A DNA stretch of 56,093 nt, counting the filler, from Asterionella formosa (taxonomy: Eukaryota): the NCBI GenBank assembly GCA_002256025.1. It is 4 parts of 4 records of this genome, joined end to end, with 100 filler letters (N's around TTAATTAATTAA, not from the genome) between each part and the next. Parts side by side here need not be neighbours in the genome. Positions count along the whole stretch, not along the records: positions 14,074 to 28,017 come from NKIB01006282.1; positions 28,118 to 42,055 come from NKIB01006295.1; 2 more parts are not named here. One strand, written 5' to 3'. Shown here piece by piece: positions 22,824 through 35,783 of this stretch. Positions within the stretch are counted from its first letter, which is position 1; every line of letters starts with the position of its first letter. The position numbers and the translations under genes were made by a program. The notes beneath the pieces are model-generated. The model was not told the DNA's origin and ran no database searches. It worked only from the letters and a program-made list of their open reading frames with translations.

Positions 22824-25800
22824 TATTTTGAGTTGCTGCGTGAGAGTAGCGGTCAATATTTATGCTTGAGGTTTTGTTGACACAAAATGGTGGAAGAAGC
22901 GAAGTAACTAAAAGCAGAGTACCGCTTGGCTAGCGCACATTCAATTATAGGTGGAGAATGACACTGTCCTCTCGGATCAATCCATGGGCAAAAACAATAT
23001 TANNNNNNNNNNNNNNNNNNNNNNNNNNNNNNNNNNNNNNNNNNNNNNNNNNNNNNNNNNNNNNNNNNNNNNNNNNNNNNNNNNNNNNNNNNNNNNNNNN
23101 NNNNNNNNNNNNNNNNNNNNNNNNNNNNNNNNNNNNNNNNNNNNNNNNNNNNNNNNNNNNNNNNNNNNNNNNNNNNNNNNNNNNNNNNNNNNNNNNNNNN
23201 NNNNNNNNNNNNNNNNNNNNNNNNNNNNNNNNNNNNNNNNNNNNNNNNNNNNNNNNNNNNNNNNNNNNNNNNNNNNNNNNNNNNNNNNNNNNNNNNNNNN
23301 NNNNNNNNNNNNNNNNNNNNNNNNNNNNNNNNNNNNNNNNNNNNNNNNNNNNNNNNNNNNNNNNNNNNNNNNNNNNNNNNNNNNNNNNNNNNNNNNNNNN
23401 NNNNNNNNNNNNNNNNNNNNNNNNNNNNNNNNNNNNNNNNNNNNNNNNNNNNNNNNNNNNNNNNNNNNNNNNNNNNNNNNNNNNNNNNNNNNNNNNNNNN
23501 NNNNNNNNNNNNNNNNNNNNNNNNNNNNNNNNNNNNNNNNNNNNNNNNNNNNNNNNNNNNNNNNNNNNNNNNNNNNNNNNNNNNNNNNNNNNNNNNNNNN
23601 NNNNNNNNNNNNNNNNNNNNNNNNNNNNNNNNNNNNNNNNNNNNNNNNNNNNNNNNNNNNNNNNNNNNNNNNNNNNNNNNNNATATGCAAACAGGTTTGA
23701 TCCCTGTTCCCTTTTAATAGCATGTATTGTTTTGTATCAATCGAAAGAGCGACCAAATTCTATTGCCCCATTGTTACTGGTAGTAGCTGGCTACTACTAC
23801 ATAAAAATGCGTGTCCCCATGACATATCTCCTCAGTTTAACAAGATGATTAAATTTTCGGATCCTGTCATTCTGAGCAGACTGTGCTATGCCAGAGTACC
23901 TTTACTAGTGGATTCCTTCATTTCTTGCACTCCATGCTCTGGCTATGATATTGCATCACAAGACTCTAATTTGGATGATGATGTTTTGGCACTAAGTGGT
24001 TCTGATTCAGATATTTTGGAGACAATTGAAAAGGCCGATTTTGTTGATTGCTCAACGTTGTTGGCTGGGTCTGAAGGCGATGTAGATACATAGGTAGCCT
24101 TCATATAGCTTCATTATATAACTATGGAGAGAAACTGCAGAAAGGAACTCCGGTTTTTTTCTATGCCAAATAAAGTGATGTCCCCCAGAAATTACTAGTC
24201 TTTAGAAGTGTGTGTTTGACTGCTCTGACTTCATATTATTTTTTAACCCTACCTCTAATCTAGGGTTGAAACGCAGGAAAATTAATAATGCTAGTGCTTG
24301 AACAGTCAAAGCTGGCTGCAAGATGCAAGCTTGCTGTAGCGCGACTGTCAAGGTAAATACTACAGGCTCAGGCAGTGCTGGCCTTGATGTTTTCGGCTTG
24401 CTGGAAGCGTTCATAGAAACATTTCATCTGCTGCCTCATGATTCAGAAATATTTTGTGCATGTCATAGTAATTCTGGTCCAATAATCATGTAAGTGATGT
24501 GGTTGGCTTATATTAATATCCATCATGATCCAAGTCGTAGAGCCTCCGCAAATAAATGCTGTTGTAGGGTTAGGTAAAATTTGTACACACTGTAGGAATT
24601 ACTATTTATGCCATCACGAAACTCGGGCGTGCCAGTGCACTAAAAATAGAAATTCTTTTGATCATAGAAACCGTTTGAACCAACAACAATATATCTTTTA
24701 ATGCTGCTATTTATGTTATAGACCATAGAGAATACAGTGGTGAAATTGGTTTGCTCATAATGTTTGGTGATTAAAAAAGGGCCAATGTCGCCTCTTGTAC
24801 TCCTCTCTAAGTAAAATCAATTGTGGCTGTGCATATTGAGGGCGTACACGACACCATGTTTTATGCAGCCGTGAAGATGATCGTTGGTACCTAAGCAAAT
24901 TCATTGTTGTATGATCATGTACTATGGTGACTCAAATGAAATTCTCTGTGGATTGGTGGAGAACAATGGCATGACTGAGATAGGTTTATCATTTCCCTTA
25001 TAGGCAGCTATCAGTTACCAGCCTGATTATCATGAAAAATCCAATCTGGTCATGGTATTGTTGGAGTAACCTTTGGTCCAATTGTCCCCATACATGAATT
25101 CAATGGAATTTTCTTCATCTAGTGGTACATTTTCTTGGTATGTTACGCTGTTGAGATGGTCAGAGTGTGGAATGTCAGCATTGAGTTGTTGAGATGCCAG
25201 TCCAGTGCAGTATATAATAGGTCATGTGTAGCAGGCGAACAAAGGTTTCACCCAGATCACTGAAAGTGATCTTCTATCAGCCCATCTTTGTTTTTGATGG
25301 TATCACATGCATCACTAGCACATTTGACATTCTTGGAATATTCTCAGGTTGTGAACAGTATTATTACCACGAGCAAGGAAGATGCAGAGAATGAATTGTT
25401 TCAACTCTGTCATTTGTTGGGACTATGTGCCAGCATCAGCAGCTGAGAATGGCAATCACTTAGCTCTTTCTGAGTTTCACTTAATATGTCTCAGTTATGA
25501 GCAAGCCAGTTTACAAATCTAACTTTGCATTGTTATTGGATATCATCAATAGCCAAATGCGCAAGGATCCTGACCATGAAAGGAATCAGTGACATCTAAG
25601 CCCTTCCATGAACTCTAGACCCTCTCGGCTAAGTGTATCGATCAGCTGTCACGAAACACAGGGAAAATTACCAATAATGTTACAATGGCATGGTAGTTCA
25701 TGTGCACTGGTCACATTAATTAAAATGTCGAAGAGCATTGTGCAGTTATCGCAAATGCACAAATAACCTACTTAGAGACAAAAAATTCTTTACTGTTCAT

Positions 25801-25825
25801 CAGCAAGGGCATTGCATGGCCTAGA

Positions 25826-27115
25826 CTATTGGAACTGCATAATCCCACTAAGGGCCAAGCATGCGCTCAAGAGCAGGGTGACGGGAGCCACTGCCATTGA
25901 ATATATCAGGGCCAACGTTTTTGCCATTTTTCCCGCTCGTTCCGGCAAACCGTCCAATTGATACATAATAACGCTATTTTGAGCTGGAGGCATGCATCCT
26001 TCCATCAGAAGTGTGAACACGACTACAGCTTTGGCACGCCCGAACGAGAGAAAACCACAAAGTTCCAAGGCTCGAACTGTTGTAAAAGCGATCAAAGGTG
26101 CCAAGCAAAAGCGAGAAAACATAATAGAGACAATCGCTTTTGTGGAGACACCGGTGGCTCCAGTTTCTGCGACTGCACCTGTCGACTTCAATGAGTTTTG
26201 GACCAAACTTCCAGCAAGTACTAGCACAGCCGCTGGTAAGTAGGCACTTGCAAGAGTGTTGCACGCTCCATACAATGGAGCCCCCAATCCATGTTGACCG
26301 AGGCATGCATCTCGGATCCACCCTGTTCCTCCAATAACCACCCCCAATATTGATCCGATCACTGGTGGACTTAACAACTTTCCAACTTCTGATTTTATCC
26401 GGGACATGCCCATTTTTTCTGAATCGCCTGCTCCATCGTAGGTGCCCAAAATCATGCGACCCGCGCTCCAAAACAAGGGCGACCACATGAGCAGATAAAA
26501 GGAGATACACGCGGTGACATCAGCTCGAAGTGCACCGCCAAATAGGGCGTCGGCAAAAATGAGCGGCAAGGGTCCAGAGTTTCCAAAGGTAGTACACATT
26601 GTAAAATCTCTAGCTTCCTCCTCTGGGAACTTGAGAACTTTGTTCACGGCCTTGGCCGTTAGGCTTCCCAGGGAAATCTGTATCATGGCTGCCAACGGCA
26701 TGAGTAGAAGCATGGACTTAGGGAGACCAGTATTAGCTCCCGAGGAAGCCTTGGCAAGAGTTCCCGCTACGCTACATAACAAAAAGCACGGCTGAAATAC
26801 CCAATATGTTAATCTTGATAAAGCAGAAACGGCCGCAGCATCCAAGAGATTTGGACGCAATGCTGCCAGGCTTCCTAGACCAACGCTGGAGAGAAGCTTT
26901 GCCGTGGCAGATAGAGCAGCAATTGCGACTGTTTTATCTAACCCAAAGGGCAGCGCAAAAGTGGACGCCTTGACGGGCAAGGGAGATATTACATTACCGG
27001 GGACGGTCGGACTGCGATGTTGGAATGGGTTCTTGCCAAGTCGGGCAGCTGGGGTGAACCCTCCACTCAAAGCGACAGAGTAGGCGAGCAGGAGAGTTAC
27101 AGCTTTGATGTTCAT
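25826..27115 (-). CDS. Auxin efflux carrier (AEC/PILS-like, Mem_trans) transporter with bipartite plastid-targeting presequence
   Basis: About 10 hydrophobic helices in two blocks. Motifs LSRLTYWVFQPCFL, FGNSGPLPL, SPPVIGSILG and MPPAQN. N-terminus MNIKAVTLLLAYSVALSGG-FTP. Confidence 0.85.
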   Translation of the reverse strand: MNIKAVTLLLAYSVALSGGFTPAARLGKNPFQHRSPTVPGNVISPLPVKASTFALPFGLDKTVAIAALSATAKLLSSVGLGSLAALRPNLLDAAAVSALSRLTYWVFQPCFLLCSVAGTLAKASSGANTGLPKSMLLLMPLAAMIQISLGSLTAKAVNKVLKFPEEEARDFTMCTTFGNSGPLPLIFADALFGGALRADVTACISFYLLMWSPLFWSAGRMILGTYDGAGDSEKMGMSRIKSEVGKLLSPPVIGSILGVVIGGTGWIRDACLGQHGLGAPLYGACNTLASAYLPAAVLVLAGSLVQNSLKSTGAVAETGATGVSTKAIVSIMFSRFCLAPLIAFTTVRALELCGFLSFGRAKAVVVFTLLMEGCMPPAQNSVIMYQLDGLPERAGKMAKTLALIYSMAVAPVTLLLSACLALSGIMQFQ

Positions 27116-28984
27116 GCTGTTGATTGACAACTTGAAAAGCTCAAGTTCATCAACCAAAATTCTTGATGCTCGGTTGCTGTTGACAAGTGATTCCTTTGTT
27201 GGTGATTTCGATTTGTGTTCCGGGAGGAAGTAATAAATTGATTGCCGCACATCACCACCAGGCGAAATGCCGATAAGGTCCCGCAGCCGCTTACTGGTAA
27301 ACAGTAGGTGTTATGTACCCATGCATGTACCAGAAAACAGCTGGTGCGCAGTCAGGTTACCTGGTAACCTGGTACTAGTACCAGGTACCACCATCATGTC
27401 GGTACACCGGTATTGCTTGTAAAAAACAAACCAAGTTGTATTTTTCTGTTGGTCTCAAGTATGCTTCTACAGCAGATGGTAAAATAGTTGGCTGTGTGTT
27501 TTATTCCGTACTTTGATCACGAGAAAATGCAGCATTGAAAGTACAACAAAGAAAATATCAACCTGGTTGCATTCATTGACGGTTGATTTTGTACTCCCTT
27601 TTTGGTTGAAAAATCAACTCTGATAGTCGTAGAAAGTCAAGGATGTGCGTGATATGCATAAAAATATGTACCTGAATATGGTGGTACCATGGTACCTGGT
27701 ACCCCTGGTACCAGGACTTAGAGTAGCAGGTAGTACGCTTACATGCAATTTACATACGGTAATTTTGCTATACGAACAGTATCCATATTTTAGTGCTACA
27801 TCATGAGTCCACAATTCCAAATTGATTTATGTGTATCTCTTTTGATTTTTCATTTAATAAACCACCCCACCACCTGGTTGTTTGGCATTAACTGAAACTT
27901 TAATCTGATTTAGCCTACTGGTACAATATTGAGACCTATCTTGTTACTTATTCTGCCAGTTGCTACCATAGCTAGGATTTGCTTAATGTTCGACCATTTT
28001 GCTTAAGGTTGCGGCCCNNNNNNNNNNNNNNNNNNNNNNNNNNNNNNNNNNNNNNNNNNNNTTAATTAATTAANNNNNNNNNNNNNNNNNNNNNNNNNNN
28101 NNNNNNNNNNNNNNNNNTATATAACCTTGTATTCATGATTCGTTCTACATGAGTAAATACGGGTATATGTACGGTGTGGACTTCACCGTGTTAACATCCA
28201 TGCATTGTCTTGTGTGCAGTATATGGTGGTATTGTACAGTACCAGTAGAAAATGCGTAATGAAGGTTTTACGGTATCGTAGACTCTAAATGTATCCCAGT
28301 ACCAGGTACCGGTAATTAAATTATGTCCTAGATAGGGTGGATGCGCACTGCACGAATGGACACATGAATGTAGAATTGTCTCATACAATATGCGATGAAA
28401 ATAAAGGATCTTCTCGAAGAAGAGGGAGGCACATTGCATTTGCTTGTCTCGAAAACCGGTAGGTGCACTCCTGGTGTGCCAATGGTGATGAAGTTCTGAA
28501 AGCTCCCAGCTGTGGTAAAAAAAGTAAGAGTTCAAAGTAGTAGGAAGAGTTATCAGCAAGTTGCAGTAATTTTGCTTCTTCATTTACGCATTCCCAAAAC
28601 TGATAAATATTTCCCGCCTTGGCAGCTGTTAAGAAATCAAAGTATGAAACTTCTAATGGTTTGCACCTGCTGGCCGTAAAAGGTCTACTGGACAAAATTT
28701 GATAAATTCAGATAATTAGGGACAAAACAGGATTGGACGAGTTGTAATTTTACTAGTCTATGCATAGGGCACAACCAGTACCCTGCAGTCTTGATGACAT
28801 TATACCAGAACATATGCTTCACATTTGTGGGCTTCCATTCCATGAGGACTACCGCCAACTCGCAATCAATCAAGTAGATAATAACCTTTTTTCACATCTT
28901 AGTATGCTTCGATTATTCATGTTACTGATGTATTCGTAGTCTCATTTGTTGTGTAGCTACAGTAAAAGTGTCTTATCTGCTCGT

Positions 28985-29255
28985 ACCATCATTGTTTGAA
29001 AATTGCGCATCTCTAAATTACATGAAAAATGTGCCAGTGGCGACTTCAATTTTCATTGTCAATATTAGTGTTATTAGGATTATTCCTTTACGATTGTACT
29101 TTCTATCTCTTGTTTGATATATGAATCAAATAGTAGGAAAGCGTCGTTCTCATTGTTCGTTGAGATATTTGCTATTCTTTTTATCATGGTGAATCTGCAA
29201 CAACATGATGATAAAGGATTCTCCAACCACTTGCAACTATGACTACTGTTACACT
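28985..29255 (+). repeat. Dispersed repeat of about 270 bp, copy B
   Basis: Aligns to the reverse complement of 14862-15137. Confidence 0.75.
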
Positions 29256-30225
29256 ATGATGTATTCTATATACAAAATAATAGCATTATTTCAGGTAGTA
29301 AATAATTATGTTCCAGAGCAAATGCATGCATGCTATCTTGGTTACTACTGGTACATACCATGTGCATGAATCCAACCATATGTATAATAAAGTATACCAG
29401 TATGCAAAATACATTGTTCACACATATGTTTACCAGTAACCAAGCATCATAATTAGCAACAGTATGATTACATAGGTCAAAGGTGGGTGTGATGGCAGCT
29501 GCATTGAAATGATGACATAACAAAGGCAAAATTGCTACTTCAAGCAAAACTACCGCAAAGCTACTTTAAGCAAAACTGTCCTAGATTAAGCAAAACCAAT
29601 GGAAGCAAATGGCAGAATAAGAAAAACCGATTGGTCTCCATACTTAAGGCTGAATCAGATTAAAGCTAAAATTATATTGGAACAGCAAGCCTGCTGGGTT
29701 TGTTCATTAAACAGTTACCAAAAAGAGATGACACATGTATCAATTTGGAATTGGAATCAGTATTGCTGGTACAAAGTCATACATGGAACTAGATATAGTA
29801 AAATTACCACAACTTGCAGTTACTGTTGGTTTTTTCATTGGTGTGTAATTCGCCCTTGTTATATTTATATATGACCTGCCAGTCTCCGGTTAATGTTACA
29901 TGTCATGAATTCATAAAATAAATAAACAGAAGTCAAGGTGAAGCGTGTATCATAGGCTATGCATGTCCCTTTGACAGGAGGACACCACACTGAGCATTGT
30001 ATTCTCAATACCTCAACTCCGGAATCTGGAAATAGAATGCTCCACTTGTATTCACGATTGCACAAGCCACTAATAAGAATCTGCATTGACAACTTCAACG
30101 AAGCCAAGATTTAGACTTCTTGTTAATATCTTACTCCACCCCAAGGTAAGACAAAATAAAAGCTGCAGGCATGGTCTGTTCAGGGGAGAATTTTGAACTC
30201 AATGTTCCATGGGTGAGAAATGATT

Positions 30226-31617
30226 TTAACGTTTCCACATGGAGTATGCATCCATTACCTCTTGCACATCGTTCCTCGAACCCAAGATAATCGGAATGCG
30301 TTGGTGTACAACCCGGGGAGAAATCTCCATCACACGCTCCATACCAGTTGTTGCCAAACCTCCAGCTTGTTCTACAATAAATGACATGGGGGCACCTTCG
30401 TACAGCAAGCGAAGCTTTCCGTCGGAGTGCTGCTTGTCAGCTGGGTAACCAAAGACACCGCCGTAGAGAAGTGTGCGGTGCACATCAGCAACCATTGATC
30501 CAATGTACCGACTGGTAAATTTTGTTCCGGATGCTCCTGTTCCCTGGCGCCATTTGTATGCCATATCTCTCATGGGGGGATCCCAATTATCAATTTTCGC
30601 TTCGTTGAACGACATGATACTGGATGATTCTGGGATAACTACATTTGGACGAGCAAGAATAAATTCACCAATCTGGTCATCCAGGGTAAACATAAAAACT
30701 CCATTGCCCAAAGTGAGGGTGAAGAATGTGGATGAAGAGTACAAGCAATAGGCAGCAGCAACGAGATTGGTGCCAGGTTGGAGGGTGCTAGCAAGGCAAT
30801 GTGCTGCTCGTTCTGAGCATTCGTCGCCTTCACAGTCAAAATCGATTTCACAAAAATCATCGTGCTGGTAGATCCCAATGATTGTCCCTGTAGGTATTCC
30901 AGCGTCAACATTAGAGGATCCATCAAGCGGGTCGAATACAGCAACATACTTGTCGCCGTTGTTGATTACAATTCCATTAGAATCAATCATCGTAAGGTCC
31001 ACCTGCGATTAATTCAAATAGAGAATATGAGTTTACATGTGTAGAACTAAGAAGCATAAAAATTATCCATTAATCAAACTTACGACAAAATCCTCTTCCT
31101 CGGAGGCAAGGACGCCGAGTCTTCCAGTGAAGCGAAGAGCACGCTTTAGGATCTCGTTTGTGATTACATCCAGTTTCTTTGAAAGGTGACCTAAGTATTT
31201 AGAAAGTGACACGACATGTCATTCCACTTATTACAATTAGTTGCTTACCTTTTGGTCTTCACCCTGAACATTCAAGCATCCTTGGAATCCAAGAGTCGCA
31301 CTGTAAGGAAGCTGCGACCGTTTGACCAAGTTGGATATGGCTTTGCAAGCTGTATCAATTGCGCCGAAAAGAACTGTGAGCTCTCTGTGTTCTGGGTTGA
31401 GGTTGGCAACTTCGCTCATGAAACGAGTCAAGGTGACACCACAAGTTTCACAAACTTCATCAAAAACAGGAGCCTTGGTACGGCTGTGAGACATGAATGG
31501 TGCTTCGATTATGGAAGGAACAGGTGAGGGCCTTTGGTCCGTCAAAGGCGGATTGTGAGGCGAAAATGCGATCGCGGTGCTGATAACAAGAGAAAGGGCG
31601 AAAGCAGAAATCTTCAT
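30226..31617 (-). CDS. fbp: Plastid fructose-1,6-bisphosphatase; exons 31617-31249, 31176-31084, 31002-30226
   Basis: Introns 31177-31248 and 31003-31083 restore [15 protein letters not shown] and [12 protein letters not shown]. Motifs [28 protein letters not shown] and GKLRLLYE. Presequence [20 protein letters not shown]. Confidence 0.96.
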
Positions 31618-32327
31618 CTTTGCAGAAATTAGTTAATTGAAGAATTATGAGCAAATTGAACATGACACTCTTGGGATCAAGTAGAAGCGATTCGTGAACT
31701 TTCGGGTTCGTATTTTCATTGGATTCTGTGGGAGGAGCCTTAAAATTCTTCTAATCGAACGATAAGAAGCTCGTCCCTATGATAGCACAATGTGCACATT
31801 TGTTTTACCATTTCCATTATCCGAGAACATACTCTGTTCACAACACAAATAGTATTTCAAGTAGTGCTGCTCGCTCATGACGATGTCAAGAGGAGCAAAG
31901 ATAAGATCTGAAAGGCGTCAACAAAGCGCCATCAGCAATTCCTGTTACATATTCATAGGGCGAACCCACCATCGTCGTATATTGTTGATTGTTCTGCATG
32001 TTGAAAAGCATTGCTTTGGTGACATCGGAAGGAACTTCGATGTGGTACCAGGGTACCAGGTACCAGGCAGCAGTAATATTTCCGCTCACATCCGCCTGAT
32101 TTTTTAAATTATCCTTCATTTGATGTGTATCAAAGCAAGATAAATATATTCATAAATGTATACCGGAAGTAAAGAACAAATTTAGACTATCCCGGTATGT
32201 CTTTGTAATACATTTACCAGTACTGGTACTGGTAGTCAATTCATTTTGAATCTTTGTACTGTAGGCATTAACGAGTCACAAGGATGGTGCTCGACTGTAG
32301 TTCAATGAATCAAATGGTGTTCTCCCC

Positions 32328-32576
32328 TGTCAAGAAGTTTACTAACGAGATTTACGTTGCGGATCAATCAGAATAGGTGGAAATCAATGAAAAGGGAATT
32401 TTAAGGGCAGGTTCTCAAAGTGTGTTGAATGGGATTGAAAAATAGGTTTAAGTTTAAACTCTAGATTAAGTAAAAGTGAGAATTGAGTATCTCAATTGCG
32501 AAAACTAGCAAGAAGGCTAGCAGCAAAAGATACCAGTACTAATAGCTAGTACAACAGGTAGGACCAATCTATAACA
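32328..32576. mobile_element. Probable solo LTR (TGTCA...TAACA), related to 44861-45170
   Basis: TG...CA ends. Shares CTAACGAGAT, CTAG.A.GAAGGCTAG.AGCA and a terminal GGACCA.T...AACA with the reverse complement of 44861-45170. No target-site duplication seen. Confidence 0.55.
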
Positions 32577-35500
32577 ATACCTGTCAGACGATGGGAACTT
32601 CCCATCGTCTCATACTGCTTGAAGCAGTATGTGACTTTTTAACAGTTTTTACCAGGGGGGCAGGGTACTAGTATGTTGCCAGCAAGTTGTAGAAATTTTG
32701 CCAGCAAGATGATTTGGACATTGCAGATATTCATACCTGCCAAGAATCCAAAAATTGAATATATATGCAGTCCAGCTCAGACAAAAATTACCTTTCATTC
32801 GTGGATGATTTGAATACATTTTTGCTGGAACTTGATTCTTTGGCTGGAACTATTTTAGAGTGAAAATTATTCCCCTAGTCGAAATAAGATTTTTTTCTTA
32901 CTAGAGAAAAAGATTCCATGGGTGTCAAAGGCACGGATTGATTATTTTAATGACTATGAATATATATATGCACATGAATATAGATGTCAATTTGAAAGTT
33001 GATTTGAAACAGCCATGTTCGTTCATGTTTCAAATAAGATGTGTACTTCTTCGGAGGCAAGGTACATCTGTATTCCTAACTTGAACTTGTACACCAGACT
33101 ACATCCCCTCCAAAATTTCAGCCAGACTATTCCACCTTGATCAGCCACAGTTTCATTCAGATGCTTTTGATCGAAGATTGCTTACAGAATAGTTATAATG
33201 ACCATCAAAACTTGATCATAGCTAGTTTGCTTCTTTGCTTTTCTTTGATTTGCTGGAGCGACAAATTTGCAATTGAGTAGCAATCAATTATTTATCAGAT
33301 TGGCCTCTAGTAGCTGGGGTCAGCCAGATGCTTCCTAGTCACAGAAATTTTCCTGAACGTTTCTCTTTTATTGTGGCATTCATTACACGGTCCTTTATCA
33401 GCTTGTTTATACGAAATCAACCATGTTATAGTGTGTACAATTTGATCCATATCAGGACACTAGGGACGGAAAAATTATGAACTCATAACGCGATCTGACT
33501 GGAATGAAAAATTTATTGGTGTGTTTCACCTAAGTCTATATGTATACATGCAAAAAAAATAAACAATAATATACTACAATTGATAGAATATTCTCAATAT
33601 CTACATGTTGTCATTCCATGTCATGTGATATTGGCATGGTACAGTTATCATAAATTATTGGTTGAAAGCACGTGTTGCTCTATGTCGTTAAATCACCTGT
33701 GTAGGGAATGACGTCATCAATACCAAATGTGTTCATTTGTAAAACCCAGACTAAAGTACGTACTTCCAGTAGTGATTGATGTGGTTCTGAATGGCAGTAG
33801 TTATTGGAACCTACCTTTGAGTTATCATGGTTTGTATGGTGCAAAGTAGATACTAGTTGTTGTTTGATGGTCGACATTTAAACTATTGATTTCTTGAACA
33901 AAATAATGAACAAATTTGTTTTAAACAACTAGTCTCAACAGGCATAGTAATAGAGGGAGTATTTAACAATAGAAGGACTGTTACTTGTCTTCCGCAGTCG
34001 ATTGCAAAAACTCAAGAGAGATGAGATGATTGGATTAATGAAATAGATGGCTTGTATCAAATTGGATGCATTAGTGGAGGCTTGCAAAGGATGGTGAGTG
34101 TGCTGCTAGTTTCATTTATCCCTTGTCGTTATCCAATTTTTTCAAATGGTACTTTACCATGTCTTTTGTTAACCAAATTATTGTGCCAACTTTGCTGCTA
34201 CGAATTTAGTGATAGCACCATATGGTAAAGCTCTTCTATTGTTAGCTTTTGTAGCTTCTAGTTCTCTGACAATGTTGTTTAGAGCAAGCTCTTCTTAATT
34301 CTTATCAAGAGGCGTGAAAGTAACTCTGTGCTTTGTTCGAGGTTTGTGTTCCTTCGGTTGATTGCACCGAAAATATGAAAATATGGTGTATTGTGATGGT
34401 CTCCAGATCATTTCAGATTGAATATCTGTCAAGAGTACAAAATCAGTTAATTGCTATGGAATAAACTATCGTGCATGTTTAAATTAGGATGGCGTAAAAA
34501 GTCTCACCATAGTAATACTGGTAAATCCAACTGTAGAAAAGCGTTAAAGCGAGCTATATTAATTTGGTGTATAAAATTTAACTAATATCTGATATGAACA
34601 TAAAATGTTGACCCAGCTAAACAAGGTCATTTTATTTTCTTCTTATGTGCCTCACTCCACATTTTTGGAGTCATTTGTCTCATCAACTTGAACACAACAT
34701 CAATTGGACATTCAGACATCCCATATGTATATGCATGAAATAAATGACTTTTTCGTGGTAAATATTGTCATATTGCTGAAATTGGAAAAGCTTTTAGAAC
34801 AAAATGTGAGATTACCATGTTACCTACTACAGTGTTTTCTTAAAAGCAGTTTTTCGCTGGTACAGGAACAGAGAGAGTAGTACCCATTCCATTACTGAAT
34901 GGCAAGATAGCTGATTGTGGTAGATTTGATTTTCGCAGACTTTCTATAAACGACAGGATGACAGTACAAGAAGTAATCATAACATGTATCTGTGTATCAA
35001 ATATACGTATACCTCAGGGAGTACCTGGTACCAGTTATCTTTGTGACAGACCTACTGGCAGTATGCATCAATCATCATGTCGGCAATGATGCAATGCAAG
35101 GAACAAAATGATGCAAACAGCCTACGAATACCTCGGTAGATACCGGTAGTTCAATGGATCATTGTCGATATACATATATTCCGGTTTATCATGGATAGAG
35201 CTATTACTCAGTGGTAAAAAATTATGGGCCAATGAGCACATGCGTAAGACATAATATACTGTACGTGCCGATACCTCGATGTACTGAAGATAATACACGA
35301 CCGAGGGTGGAGACTGCCTGCAAGTATTCTTGTGTTCGAGGCTTGGGAGGCGCGAGTAGGTTGACCGACCTCGTAGCGCCGGGCGGTTCATATGAAAATT
35401 CTACTCCTGACGTGGTTTTAACCATCCCTGCTCAAACCTAAAATTGACTGCCGAAAAATCCAATATGCCCCGCATTGCCCCTAAATCAAAAAATTACTTA

Positions 35501-35783
35501 GAGAAACCAAAAATTACTTAGACACCCACAGTTCTCATCGAAAAGCAATACGATAGCTAGGGTGGGGATTGCCGTCATAAAAGGTACAGTATATACATAG
35601 CAACATGGCACCAAGCCACCCCACACCCCTGACAAAAGCTATTGTTCACCATAAAAAATTCCAGGGGTGGGGTCCTCGTCATTTCAGTTAAGTTGAATAG
35701 CGGTACATAGATTTGTAAAACAATCGTATCACCGTGAGGACTATTCTGTTTTCGAATACGCCACAAAGCATCCATAAATAAAA

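Noticed and set aside
23860..25620. Coding-like but stop-riddled region
   Set aside because: Probably a decayed element or pseudogene, but I could not recognise any motif to support a call.
32700..34900. AT-rich region with fragments such as PCNECHNKRETFRK on the minus strand
   Set aside because: No continuous frame or recognisable domain.
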